A DNA stretch of 35,579 nucleotides from Dehalococcoidales bacterium (GCA_016929875.1 JAFGHZ010000053.1:1-35579), one strand, 5' to 3'. Positions 7,260-16,380 are shown, numbered from the stretch's first letter. Notes: generated by a model from the sequence alone, not told the origin. Made by a program: numbers and translations.

Positions 7260-9909
7260 CTGGCTTGGCAATTTAGTCGATTCCAATGAAAAACAGCTGA
7301 AAAAACTTCAGCCCATCGTAGATAAGATAAACTCTCTCGAGGCGGAATACGAAAAACTCTCCGACGAGCAGCTGAAAGCCAAGACGGAAGAGTTCAAAAC
7401 CAGAATCAGCTCCGGCAAGACGCTGGAGGAGCTTCTCCCCGAAGCCTTTGCGGCGGTGCGTGAGGCGGCGAAACGTACGATTAAACAGCGCCACTTCGAT
7501 GTCCAGTTGATGGGAGGCATCGTTCTGCATCAGGGCAAAATCGCCGAGATGAAGACCGGCGAAGGCAAGACGCTGGTAGCCACTTTGCCTCTCTATTTGA
7601 ACTCATTGACCGGCAAGGGCGTGCACCTGGTTACGGTAAATGATTACCTCTCCAAACGCGACCCCTACTGGATGGGTCCTATTTACCATAGACTAGGCGT
7701 GAGCGTATCGAGCATACAGGGGCAGCAGACCGCCGGCGCACAGGGCGGGGTTTCTTTTATCTACGACCCCGGCTATGACAGCGGCAAGGAAAACGATGTC
7801 TGGAGACATTTCAGGCCGATTACGCGTAAAGAAGCCTATCAGGCTGATATTACTTACGGCACGAATAATGAATTCGGGTTCGACTACCTGCGCGACAATA
7901 TGGTCATCGACCTGAAACAGTGCGTCCAGCGCGAACTGAACTATGCCATCGTGGATGAAGTGGACAATATCCTCATCGACGAGGCGCGCACGCCGCTGAT
8001 TATCAGCGGTCCGGCGGAAGAAGCCGCCCGAAAATACCAGCTCTTCGCCCGCCTCATTCCCAACCTGAAAAAAGACGAAGACTATGTGTTCGAAGAAAAG
8101 CATAACAGCGTTAGTTTGACCGATGCCGGCATGACCAAGATGGAAGGATGGCTCCAGCACGAAGGGATGCTGAATTCCCCCAATCTTTACGACCCGTCTA
8201 ATATTTCGCTGAGCCGCTATTTGGATAACGCCTTGAAAGCCTGGGCCATTTTCAAAAGGGACCGGGAGTATGTCGTCAAGGACGGGCAGATTATCATCGT
8301 CGATGAGTTTACCGGACGTATGATGCACGGCAGGCGGTATTCGGACGGTTTACACCAGGCGCTTGAAGCGAAAGAGCACGTTAAAGTCCGGGAAGAGAGC
8401 CGGACCTACGCTACCATTACCTTCCAGAATTATTTCCGCATGTATAGCAAGCTGGCGGGTATGACCGGTACTGCCGTTACCGAAGCGGAAGAATTCCACA
8501 AGATTTATAAGCTCGAGGTAGTGGTCATGCCGACCAATAAACCTTTGATGCGCAAAGATTTATCCGACTATATCTACAAAGACGAGCAAGCTAAGTTCCG
8601 CGCCGTGGCACAGGAAATCGAAGAGGTCTATAAAACGCGACAGCCAGTACTAATCGGGACGATCTCCATCGAAAAATCGGAAATACTCGACGATATGCTG
8701 AACCGGAAGGGTATTCCTCACCAGATATTGAATGCCAAATATCATGAAACGGAAGCGGCTATCATCGCTCAGGCAGGCAGGTTGGGTGCCGTGACCGTAG
8801 CGACCAACATGGCGGGACGCGGTGTCGATATCATCCTGGGCGGAGCCCCGGACGGCAGAAATCCCGGGGAATGGCAAAAAGAGCACGACGAAGCCCTTAA
8901 ACTCGGCGGTCTGCGTATTATCGGAACGGAGCGTCACGAGGCGAGGCGTATCGATAATCAGCTGAGAGGCAGGTCGGGGCGCCAGGGCGACCCGGGTACC
9001 TCCCGATTTTACGTTTCGCTGGAAGACGACATTATGAGGCGTTTCGGCGGCGATCGTGTCAAGACGATTATGGAATGGGCGGGTATCGGAGAAGAAGACA
9101 AACCGATTGAAAATCAGATTGTCTCCAAGTCGATAGAGAGCGCGCAGACACGGGTCGAAGGCTATCACTTCGACGTCCGCAAACACCTTGTCGAATATGA
9201 CGATGTCGTCAATAACCAACGGGAAATCATCTACGGCGAGCGGCGTAAAATTTTGGGCGGCGCCGACCTGAAGGCAAATGTTCTCTCGATGGTCAAGGAA
9301 GAAATTGAGGCGATTATCGGCTCTCATACGAACCGCGATTCGGGAGACAAGGACATGGCGAAGCTGGTTACCGAAGTCAGTACCATTATGCCGTTGCCGG
9401 CTGACTTTAATGCAGAAGCTATAACAGGACTCGTACCGGATGAAATCGAGAGCCGGCTGGTCGAGCGTGCCGAAGCCCTGTATGCGCAAAAAGAAGCCGA
9501 ACTGGGTGCCGACAATATGCGGATGTTAGAACGCCTGCTGATGCTGAAAACTATCGATGACCACTGGGTCGAGCATCTCACCAATATGGACTATATGCGG
9601 CAGGGGGTCGGTCTGCGGGCGGTCGCCCAGCAGGATCCGCTGGCGGCTTATAAGCGTGAAGGTCATACGTTATTCGACGGGATGATGGCAGGCATTCAGC
9701 ACAAACTTGTTCATACTATCTTCAATGTCAGTATTACCAAGGGGCCTCCAACCAAACAGACCGCTTCGCCGATGGCACAGGTTGCCGATGCCAGTCGTGC
9801 CGGCGGTAATGTGAAGCCGACCGAGAAGGTAGCGGGCAAGAAAGTGGGAAGGAACGACCCCTGTCCCTGTGGCAGCGGCAAAAAGTATAAGCACTGCTGC
9901 GGAAAGTAG
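7252..9909 (+). CDS. secA: Preprotein translocase ATPase SecA
   Basis: 885 aa. MKTGEGKTLVATLP (Walker A), DEVDNILIDEARTPLIISG, TNMAGRGVDI and the C-terminal zinc motif CPCGSGKKYKHCCG. Confidence 0.97.
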   Translation: MFNWLGNLVDSNEKQLKKLQPIVDKINSLEAEYEKLSDEQLKAKTEEFKTRISSGKTLEELLPEAFAAVREAAKRTIKQRHFDVQLMGGIVLHQGKIAEMKTGEGKTLVATLPLYLNSLTGKGVHLVTVNDYLSKRDPYWMGPIYHRLGVSVSSIQGQQTAGAQGGVSFIYDPGYDSGKENDVWRHFRPITRKEAYQADITYGTNNEFGFDYLRDNMVIDLKQCVQRELNYAIVDEVDNILIDEARTPLIISGPAEEAARKYQLFARLIPNLKKDEDYVFEEKHNSVSLTDAGMTKMEGWLQHEGMLNSPNLYDPSNISLSRYLDNALKAWAIFKRDREYVVKDGQIIIVDEFTGRMMHGRRYSDGLHQALEAKEHVKVREESRTYATITFQNYFRMYSKLAGMTGTAVTEAEEFHKIYKLEVVVMPTNKPLMRKDLSDYIYKDEQAKFRAVAQEIEEVYKTRQPVLIGTISIEKSEILDDMLNRKGIPHQILNAKYHETEAAIIAQAGRLGAVTVATNMAGRGVDIILGGAPDGRNPGEWQKEHDEALKLGGLRIIGTERHEARRIDNQLRGRSGRQGDPGTSRFYVSLEDDIMRRFGGDRVKTIMEWAGIGEEDKPIENQIVSKSIESAQTRVEGYHFDVRKHLVEYDDVVNNQREIIYGERRKILGGADLKANVLSMVKEEIEAIIGSHTNRDSGDKDMAKLVTEVSTIMPLPADFNAEAITGLVPDEIESRLVERAEALYAQKEAELGADNMRMLERLLMLKTIDDHWVEHLTNMDYMRQGVGLRAVAQQDPLAAYKREGHTLFDGMMAGIQHKLVHTIFNVSITKGPPTKQTASPMAQVADASRAGGNVKPTEKVAGKKVGRNDPCPCGSGKKYKHCCGK

Positions 9910-9911
9910 AA

Positions 9912-10190
9912 ATGACCAATCAGCAAATCGCCGCAATATTCCGTGATATTGCCCGCTTGCTGGAAAAGAAGAAGGAGAACTGGTTCAAGATACGGGCATA
10001 CCGGAAGGTGGCGGATGAAATCGAGAAATCGCCGGCGGAGCTGTCTGAACTTGCAGCCGAAGGCAGGTTGAGGGAAATACACGGTGTCGGAGACGCCATC
10101 GAAAAGAAAATCAAGGAGATGCTCGATACCGGCAAACTCCAGTTCTATGAAAAGTTGAAGGCAGAAATCGGAGAAGATTCGGATGGGTAA
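9912..10190 (+). CDS. Stand-alone helix-hairpin-helix protein resembling the N-terminal 8-kDa domain of PolX polymerases
   Basis: 92 aa. NQQIAAIFRDIARLLE...FKIRAYRKVADEI...LREIHGVGDAIEKKIKEMLDTGKLQFYEKL follows the pattern of the PolX/Pol-beta N-terminal HhH domain, but there is no polymerase or PHP part. It starts 2 nt after the secA stop. Confidence 0.6.
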   Translation: MTNQQIAAIFRDIARLLEKKKENWFKIRAYRKVADEIEKSPAELSELAAEGRLREIHGVGDAIEKKIKEMLDTGKLQFYEKLKAEIGEDSDG

Positions 10191-10917
10191 GCCCCATACT
10201 CAGGATAATAAAAAAATATCTGCCGGGTTGACCTCGCCGGACGATGAGGCGATACGCTATCTGCGTAACTCGATTATTTCAGGGAAACACTGGTATCTGT
10301 CTTTACTGGAAGCCGTCGGCAAATGGAGTTCTCCTGAGGAAACCCATCAGGGTCGCCGTTATACTTACCTCGTCGATAATTCCGCACTGGACTGGCAATT
10401 GGTGGCGGAGCGGCTTTGCGAGACGGTCGATGAACTATTGCCCGAGAAAGAGAAATCGGATTTCCTGCTGAAGGGCAAACCGCCGCTCGATATTACGAAA
10501 GAGCAGTTCCAGACTTTACTCGGCTCCTCAAAATACCGGCAATATTTGAATTATTTTTACGGTATTATCGTGGAAGAAGCCCTTCTGCTGGCGGTGAAAG
10601 AAGAGGTGCGGAAAGAGCGCCTGCTGGCGGGATTGATTAAGGAAGAGGACACCACTGCCGAGGCTTTTCAGCGAATTTACGGGGCGACCCAGCAACAGTT
10701 GCTGGAGAAGTTCCGCAGGGAAAAACATTACCGTCACCTCAAGTCCATCAGCCTCAGAGAGTTGAAAGAGTTCACCTACTGGATTTTTAAATATCGGGTC
10801 AAGCATTGCGATAAATCGCGGGTCGCCAGCGATACCAAGAAAGCCCTCGATTGGCTGAGCCGCAATGGCTATCCGGAGAGTCTGGTTATTACCTATCCGC
10901 TTACAAAGAAACGGTAA
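10183..10917 (+). CDS. Hypothetical protein (244 aa), no recognisable motif
   Basis: Overlaps the preceding HhH gene by 8 nt. Coding-like composition, mostly helical and charged. Confidence 0.6.
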   Translation: MGKPHTQDNKKISAGLTSPDDEAIRYLRNSIISGKHWYLSLLEAVGKWSSPEETHQGRRYTYLVDNSALDWQLVAERLCETVDELLPEKEKSDFLLKGKPPLDITKEQFQTLLGSSKYRQYLNYFYGIIVEEALLLAVKEEVRKERLLAGLIKEEDTTAEAFQRIYGATQQQLLEKFRREKHYRHLKSISLRELKEFTYWIFKYRVKHCDKSRVASDTKKALDWLSRNGYPESLVITYPLTKKR

Positions 10918-10957
10918 GCAGTGCTTCCGGATGTTGCTTTAGCCTGCAGTCAGTTGC

Positions 10958-10987
10958 TTGACAGTCAGCAGTTTTAAATAGTATACT
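10958..10987 (+). promoter_or_regulatory. Sigma-70-type promoter (TTGACA-N18-TATACT)
   Basis: ttgaca at 10958-10963 and tatact at 10982-10987. It lies in the 271-bp gap upstream of the MFS gene. Confidence 0.5.
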
Positions 10988-11136
10988 TTGGCATTCTTTT
11001 CGGTATTCGAAGGAGAACAGTGAAGATACTAGGCCTGAATATGATAATTCGTTTGGGGGGAGTTAACGGCGCTCCTGATAGGGCTTGGTGTATCTTTATG
11101 CGGAGATAGGAACATAACCTGGAGAAACTTACACTG

Positions 11137-11170
11137 AGCCCGGAGAGCCAATCCCGGGCTCATTCTTTTA
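11137..11170 (+). terminator. Intrinsic terminator/attenuator just upstream of the MFS start codon
   Basis: 8-bp stem gagcccgg (11137-11144) / ccgggctc (11154-11161) followed by attctttta. It ends 19 nt before the ATG at 11189. Confidence 0.6.
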
Positions 11171-11188
11171 TACGGCAGGGCAAATTAT

Positions 11189-12445
11189 ATGGAAATTCTA
11201 AATAAAATAAAAAACATAGTAAAAGTGCAAGATATCAGCCCCGGCATCTGGGCGGCCCTGGGAATCCAGGCTATCCGTTCAACCGGTTATTCAATTTCTT
11301 TTACCTATTTGTCGCTGTACCTATACCAACAGCGGCATATCGCCATGACCCTGGTGGGAACGGTTATTTTAATCTCGGGAATCGTCTCAGGTGCATTTCA
11401 GGTCCTGGGGGGAATGCTGGCAGACCGTTTCGGGCACCGGCGGATGTTCGTAATATTCGAACTGGCTGAAATCGTGATGTTCGGCTTGTTTGCGGTATTA
11501 GTCGGGACGAATGCCAATATCTGGCTTATCTTTGTCACCTCGACTATAGTCTCGATATTGGGCGGGATGTGCGGTCCTACGATATCTGCGATGGTGATGG
11601 ATGCATCACACGAAAGTCGATTGACAGAGTCTTACGGGTTGATGTCAATCGGCGGCAATTCCGGCTGGGTAATCGGTCCGATAATCGGCGGATTTCTCCT
11701 GCACCACATCTCATATGCCTGGGTTTTCGGAATCGGCGCACTGGTGCATGCCCTTTCTTTAATCGGAATACGTTATCTCCCGAGTCACGGCAAAGGGGAG
11801 ACGAGTAAACTCCTTTCCAGGAGTTATTTGAAGTTGTTTCTTTCGAATCGTGTCATGCTGGTGTTTTGTGTTCTGTGTCTGTTTTTCTTTCTGGAGATGG
11901 CGAACTGGGGAGCCACTTTATCGGTATTTTCGGTGGACCGTCTGAGATTCTCTACGGAACAATACGGCCTGTTGTTATCCGTCAGCGCCTTGTCAATCAT
12001 AATATTCCAGTATCCGATATCCAGGCGAATCAACTGGCTGGGCACACGGAAAGCACTGTTTCTAGGCAGTCTTCTGTATGCGGTAGGGTTTATGTCATTG
12101 AGCTGGGTGAAGTCTTTTGCCGTTGCAATAATCCCGATTACAGTAGCGACAATCGGAGAAATGCTGTTTGTGCCTACCTCTTTTTCGGCAATGGGGAAGA
12201 TGTCCCGTCCGGAAGACGTCGCGAAAAATATGGGAATCCTCGGTTTATATATAACTGTCGGTAATTCGTTTGGGCCGTTACTGGGTGGATTTTTGCTGGA
12301 CAGATTTCCGACTAATGCCTTTTTCGTCTGGGGCTCGCTGAGCATACCGGCGTTTCTGGCGGCGATAGGGTTCCTGTTCTGGCGCGGTTATTCGAAAGCG
12401 AAAGTAAGTCAAGAGATAGGGAAATTGGGTTCTACTCAATCTTAG
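11189..12445 (+). CDS. MFS transporter
   Basis: 418 aa with about 12 hydrophobic segments and the MFS loop 2-3 motif GMLADRFGHRR. Confidence 0.85.
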   Translation: MEILNKIKNIVKVQDISPGIWAALGIQAIRSTGYSISFTYLSLYLYQQRHIAMTLVGTVILISGIVSGAFQVLGGMLADRFGHRRMFVIFELAEIVMFGLFAVLVGTNANIWLIFVTSTIVSILGGMCGPTISAMVMDASHESRLTESYGLMSIGGNSGWVIGPIIGGFLLHHISYAWVFGIGALVHALSLIGIRYLPSHGKGETSKLLSRSYLKLFLSNRVMLVFCVLCLFFFLEMANWGATLSVFSVDRLRFSTEQYGLLLSVSALSIIIFQYPISRRINWLGTRKALFLGSLLYAVGFMSLSWVKSFAVAIIPITVATIGEMLFVPTSFSAMGKMSRPEDVAKNMGILGLYITVGNSFGPLLGGFLLDRFPTNAFFVWGSLSIPAFLAAIGFLFWRGYSKAKVSQEIGKLGSTQS

Positions 12446-12666
12446 TTGTTAGTTTGAGATAGCTTCACCTGAATCACCAACATTTTCTCACGAGCTTCAT
12501 CCATTTGTCTTTCTAGAGTGCCTATCCGAGAAGCCACATCAACAAACTTTTCTATCAATGGAGGTGCAGTTATAGAGTTTATTAAATTACCAATCTGCTC
12601 ATATGCTTTCACTGAAACCCTACTCCATTTGTCATATTCTTTGAGAAGCTGTTCTTTTTGTGTCAT
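12442..12666 (-). CDS. Hypothetical helical protein (74 aa) in an AT-rich islet
   Basis: Strong SD (aaaggagag) 5 nt upstream of the ATG. Very low GC. No recognisable motif. Confidence 0.5.
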   Translation of the reverse strand: MTQKEQLLKEYDKWSRVSVKAYEQIGNLINSITAPPLIEKFVDVASRIGTLERQMDEAREKMLVIQVKLSQTNN

Positions 12667-12749
12667 TCGACTCTCCTTTTAAACCTTATTTCACTTAATG
12701 ACGGCGTACTTGGTATAATACGTGGTGTTCTATTCATATCTATGAAACC

Positions 12750-13379
12750 TCATATAATTAATTTATCCACTTCTTTCTTAATACGTTTTCTAATTGTTTC
12801 TCCATTCTTAAATAACTCAGTCACTCTATTACCAAATATTGTTACCTCATTTTCTTGCCAATCTTTTAATAGATGGCTATATCCATATTCCCAAAGAGTA
12901 AGAAGTGTTCTAACCTGTTCACTTAAATTAGGACTTATAAAGCTAATGACTGCACGTTGTTTTGAACATTTATTCCACATTTCAGTGAACTCTGGGCTAC
13001 GTAGTTTAGCCTTAAACTCAGCCACCCTATCAGTGTTGTGTTCAATAATCTCGTTGAAATGCCGAGCCATCATGTCATCCAAAATGTTCACACTCTCCAT
13101 TAGTTCTATAACTTTATTTTTTTCTGCATTACTCAAAACTGGCTTTTTTGTAAGCCATAGTATAATCCCAAACATAGCTAAACCTAATGGTACAGTAATC
13201 CAATAAAGCCACGTAGTATTCATTGAAGCGCTTCCTGTATTATTGGATGTTCCTGTAAAGTGTTCGATAAGAGACCATATAGAATCAACATATTGGGGTA
13301 GTTGAATAAAGATAAATGATAAGACCGATAATAGTATCTTATGTCTGTGAACAAATGATGTAAAAGCTCGTTTACCCAT
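12750..13379 (-). CDS. Hypothetical membrane protein (209 aa, 2 N-terminal TM segments plus a helical cytoplasmic domain) in an AT-rich islet
   Basis: SD aggag 8 nt upstream. TM candidates are ILLSVLSFIFIQLPQYV and WLYWITVPLGLAMFGIILWL. The plus-strand ORF 12658-13206 is its antisense. Confidence 0.6.
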   Translation of the reverse strand: MGKRAFTSFVHRHKILLSVLSFIFIQLPQYVDSIWSLIEHFTGTSNNTGSASMNTTWLYWITVPLGLAMFGIILWLTKKPVLSNAEKNKVIELMESVNILDDMMARHFNEIIEHNTDRVAEFKAKLRSPEFTEMWNKCSKQRAVISFISPNLSEQVRTLLTLWEYGYSHLLKDWQENEVTIFGNRVTELFKNGETIRKRIKKEVDKLII

Positions 13380-13545
13380 ATAGCTACTCCTACCAGCTTA
13401 TTCTTTAACTGGCAGTGTAGCATAGGGTAATAATGAGCGCAACTAAGATTGAGTAAAAAGGGAAATTGTAATCGATAATAAATTCCCACCACTCTGAGAT
13501 TACCACGTCCGCCTGCGGTGGACTCACTCTGACAATGTTGGTATG

Positions 13546-16221
13546 CTATTTCTCTCCGAACTGCTGTTTCAGTCTGGCGAGATGCTCTTTCCTCTCGGTC
13601 AGGCGGTCTTTTTCTCTGGCGACCACTGCCGCAGGGGCCTTGTTCAGGAACGATTCGCTCTGGAGCAGTACCTCGAGGCGGGTGATATCGGCGGTCAGCT
13701 GATCGATTTCCTTCCGTAACTTTTCTTTTTCGGCGGCAAGGTCAATCATACTTGCCATCGGTACGACGACATCCGAGTCCTTCAAAACCGCCACTGCAAA
13801 TTTTTCGTCCATTGTTCCTGAAAGACGGGTGAATTTGAAGTCGAGCGGTTTTATTTTTGCCAATGTCTGAATTGCGGACGAATAAGGAATCAGTACGGGG
13901 GCCAGTTTTCCCGCGTAAATATCGGCGGCAACCCACTTATTTACCTCTACCTTGTTTTCCGCGCGGATATTACGGACGGCGCGGGTCATATCGATGATTG
14001 CTTCGATCAGACTCTCCGTTTCGGCATCGAAGGCTTTTTTATCGACCTTCGGGTACTTAGCAATCATAATCGAATCGGTTTTCTGCCATTTTGCGGGCAG
14101 CCGGTTTTTGAGGTTCTGCCATAATTCTTCCGTGACGAAGGGCATATAGGGATGGAGCAGTCGCAGTGACGTCTCCAGCACATAGACCAGCACGGGCAGA
14201 GGCGAAACCGTGTTTTTGTCTTCGGAGTTGAGGCGAATTTTTGCCAGCTCGATGTACCAGTCGCAGTATTCGCTCCAGAGGAAGTCGTAAATCGTGCTCA
14301 GAGCATCGCCGAACTGGAAATTGTTCATCGACTTGACGACGTTCTCGATAGTGCGGTTGAGCCGACTCAGTATCCAGCGATCTTCCGCCGGGAGAGCATC
14401 CTTTTTTATCTTAAAATCAACTTTGCCTTCGGGGATGCTTCTGATAACGAAGCGGGTAGCGTTCCAGAGTTTGTTGGCGAAATTCCTGCCCGCCTCCAGC
14501 TTCACGGTCGACATCTTGCTGTCGTTGCCGGGCGCGTTGCCGATGATGACCGCATAGCGCAGGGCATCGGCTCCGATTTGCTCGATAACCTTCAACGGGT
14601 CGGTAACGTTGCCCTTCGTTTTACTCATCTTATCGCCCTTTTCGTCGCGGATGAGCCCGTGCAGGTAGACATACTTGAAGGGGATTTCGCCGGTATTTTC
14701 AATGCCCATCATAATCATCCGGGCGACCCAGAAGAACAGGATATCGTAAGCCGTTTCCATCACGCTGGTGGGGTAGAAGTAGCGCATATCTTCCGTATCG
14801 CGGGGCCAGCCGAGCGTGGAATGGGGCCAGAGACCGGACGAGAACCAGGTATCCAGTACGTCGGGGTCCTGTTCGAGATTCGTCGAACGGCATTTCGGGC
14901 AAGCTTGCGGTGTTTCGATGGCGACAATCGTCTCATTGCAATCTTTGCAGTACCATGCCGGGATACGGTGCCCCCACCATAGCTGGCGGGAAATACACCA
15001 GTCGCGGATGTTTTCCATCCAGTTGAGGTAAACCCTGGTGAAGTGGTCGGGCATAATCTTGATGCGACCGCTGTTGACTGCTTCGATTGCCGGTTTCGCC
15101 AGCGGTTCCATGTGAACGAACCACTGCATACTTGCCATCGGCTCGATGACGGTGGCACAGCGCTGGCAGTGACCGACCGCATGGCTGTAATCCTCGATTT
15201 TGATTAATAGCCCTTGCCTCTGCAATTCTTCTACCACCCATTTGCGGCAGGCAAAGCGGTCCATGCCTTTACACTGGCCGGCGTTCTCGTTCATCGTGGC
15301 GTCTTTGTTCAGGATATTGATAAGTTCCAGCTTGTGGCGCTGGGCAATTTCGAAGTCCGCGGGGTCGTGCGCCGGCGTGACCTTGACCGCGCCGGTGCCG
15401 AAGACTTTGTCTACGATGACATCGGCGACGATGGGAATACGGCGGTTCATAATCGGCAGCATTACCGCTTTTCCGACCAGTGCCGTGTAGCGTTCGTCTT
15501 CAGGGTTCACAGCGACGGCGGTATCGCCGAGCATCGTTTCCGGACGTGTCGTGGCGACGATGAGATAACCGTCGCTGTCAGCCAGAGGATATTTTATATG
15601 CCAGAGATGCCCTTTCAAGTCCTTGTGGTCCACTTCGAGGTCGGAGAGGGCGGTACCGCAGCGAGGGCACCAGTTGGTGATGCGTTCGCCGCGGTAAATC
15701 AGGTTTTTGTTATAGAGATTGACGAAGGTATTACGGACTGCCAGCGAGGGACCGGGGTCCAGAGTGAATTTTTCACGCGACCAGTCGCAGGAAGCGCCGA
15801 GGCGGCGGTGCTGCTGCCCGATTCGGTTGCGGCACTCGTCCGTCCACTGCCACATCCGCTCCAGGAACTTTTCCCGCCCGAGTTTATAGCGGTCGGTGCC
15901 TTCTTTAGCGAGCAGTCTTTCCACGACTACCTGCGCGGCAATACTGGCGTGGTCGACACCCGGCAGCCAGAGCGCAGGGTCGCCTTCCATCCTGTGCCAG
16001 CGTATCATAATATCTTCGAGCGCGGCGGTCAGGGCATGCCCCATGTGAAGTTCGCCGGTAACGTTAGGCGGAGGCATAATGATGGTGAAAGGCTTCTTCT
16101 CAGGGTTAACAGCGGGTTTGAAATAATCCTTTTCCATCCAGAATTTATACCATTTATCCTCGACATTTTTGGGGTCGTAGGCTTTAGGCATTTCCTGTTC
16201 TGTCAAATGCGCGTCCGACAT
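13546..16221 (-). CDS. valS: Valine--tRNA ligase
   Basis: 891 aa. PPPNVTGELHMGHAL (HIGH), KMSKTKGNV (KMSKS), the editing domain and a C-terminal coiled coil. Confidence 0.97.
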   Translation of the reverse strand: MSDAHLTEQEMPKAYDPKNVEDKWYKFWMEKDYFKPAVNPEKKPFTIIMPPPNVTGELHMGHALTAALEDIMIRWHRMEGDPALWLPGVDHASIAAQVVVERLLAKEGTDRYKLGREKFLERMWQWTDECRNRIGQQHRRLGASCDWSREKFTLDPGPSLAVRNTFVNLYNKNLIYRGERITNWCPRCGTALSDLEVDHKDLKGHLWHIKYPLADSDGYLIVATTRPETMLGDTAVAVNPEDERYTALVGKAVMLPIMNRRIPIVADVIVDKVFGTGAVKVTPAHDPADFEIAQRHKLELINILNKDATMNENAGQCKGMDRFACRKWVVEELQRQGLLIKIEDYSHAVGHCQRCATVIEPMASMQWFVHMEPLAKPAIEAVNSGRIKIMPDHFTRVYLNWMENIRDWCISRQLWWGHRIPAWYCKDCNETIVAIETPQACPKCRSTNLEQDPDVLDTWFSSGLWPHSTLGWPRDTEDMRYFYPTSVMETAYDILFFWVARMIMMGIENTGEIPFKYVYLHGLIRDEKGDKMSKTKGNVTDPLKVIEQIGADALRYAVIIGNAPGNDSKMSTVKLEAGRNFANKLWNATRFVIRSIPEGKVDFKIKKDALPAEDRWILSRLNRTIENVVKSMNNFQFGDALSTIYDFLWSEYCDWYIELAKIRLNSEDKNTVSPLPVLVYVLETSLRLLHPYMPFVTEELWQNLKNRLPAKWQKTDSIMIAKYPKVDKKAFDAETESLIEAIIDMTRAVRNIRAENKVEVNKWVAADIYAGKLAPVLIPYSSAIQTLAKIKPLDFKFTRLSGTMDEKFAVAVLKDSDVVVPMASMIDLAAEKEKLRKEIDQLTADITRLEVLLQSESFLNKAPAAVVAREKDRLTERKEHLARLKQQFGEK

Positions 16222-16233
16222 CTCAGTCTCCTT

Positions 16234-16261
16234 AAAATAAAAAAGCCGTCCTCGTGGACGG
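16234..16261 (-). terminator. Intrinsic terminator inside the valS 5' leader (attenuator)
   Basis: The minus strand reads GCCGTCC-ACGA-GGACGGC followed by TTTTTTATTTT, then AAGGAGAC and the valS ATG (16221). This is a perfect terminator placed between the promoter and the SD. Confidence 0.65.
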
Positions 16262-16351
16262 CCTCCGAACGATTCGAGACAGGTCCACTTACCGGCTTAA
16301 GCTTGTAACGATGACAACTAGATTCAACATTTTATGCTCTTTAGTAGTTAA

Positions 16352-16380
16352 AGATTAACATAATATAGGGTGAGTGTCAA
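16352..16380 (-). promoter_or_regulatory. Candidate sigma-70-type promoter for the valS leader (TTGACA-N17-TAATCT)
   Basis: On the minus strand, TTGACA is at 16380-16375 and TAATCT at 16357-16352. A 9-bp hairpin (16391-16411) just upstream may terminate coaBC. Confidence 0.45.

Noticed and set aside
7273-10135. Multiple minus-strand ORFs (211 aa, 279 aa, 123 aa and others) across secA and the HhH gene
   Set aside because: Antisense shadows of secA. No SD sequences, arginine/glycine-rich nonsense translations.
15214-16308. 364-aa plus-strand ORF, plus several 70-140-aa ORFs in 13742-15490
   Set aside because: All lie inside and antisense (or out of frame) to valS, whose HIGH/KMSKS motifs make the minus-strand frame unambiguous.
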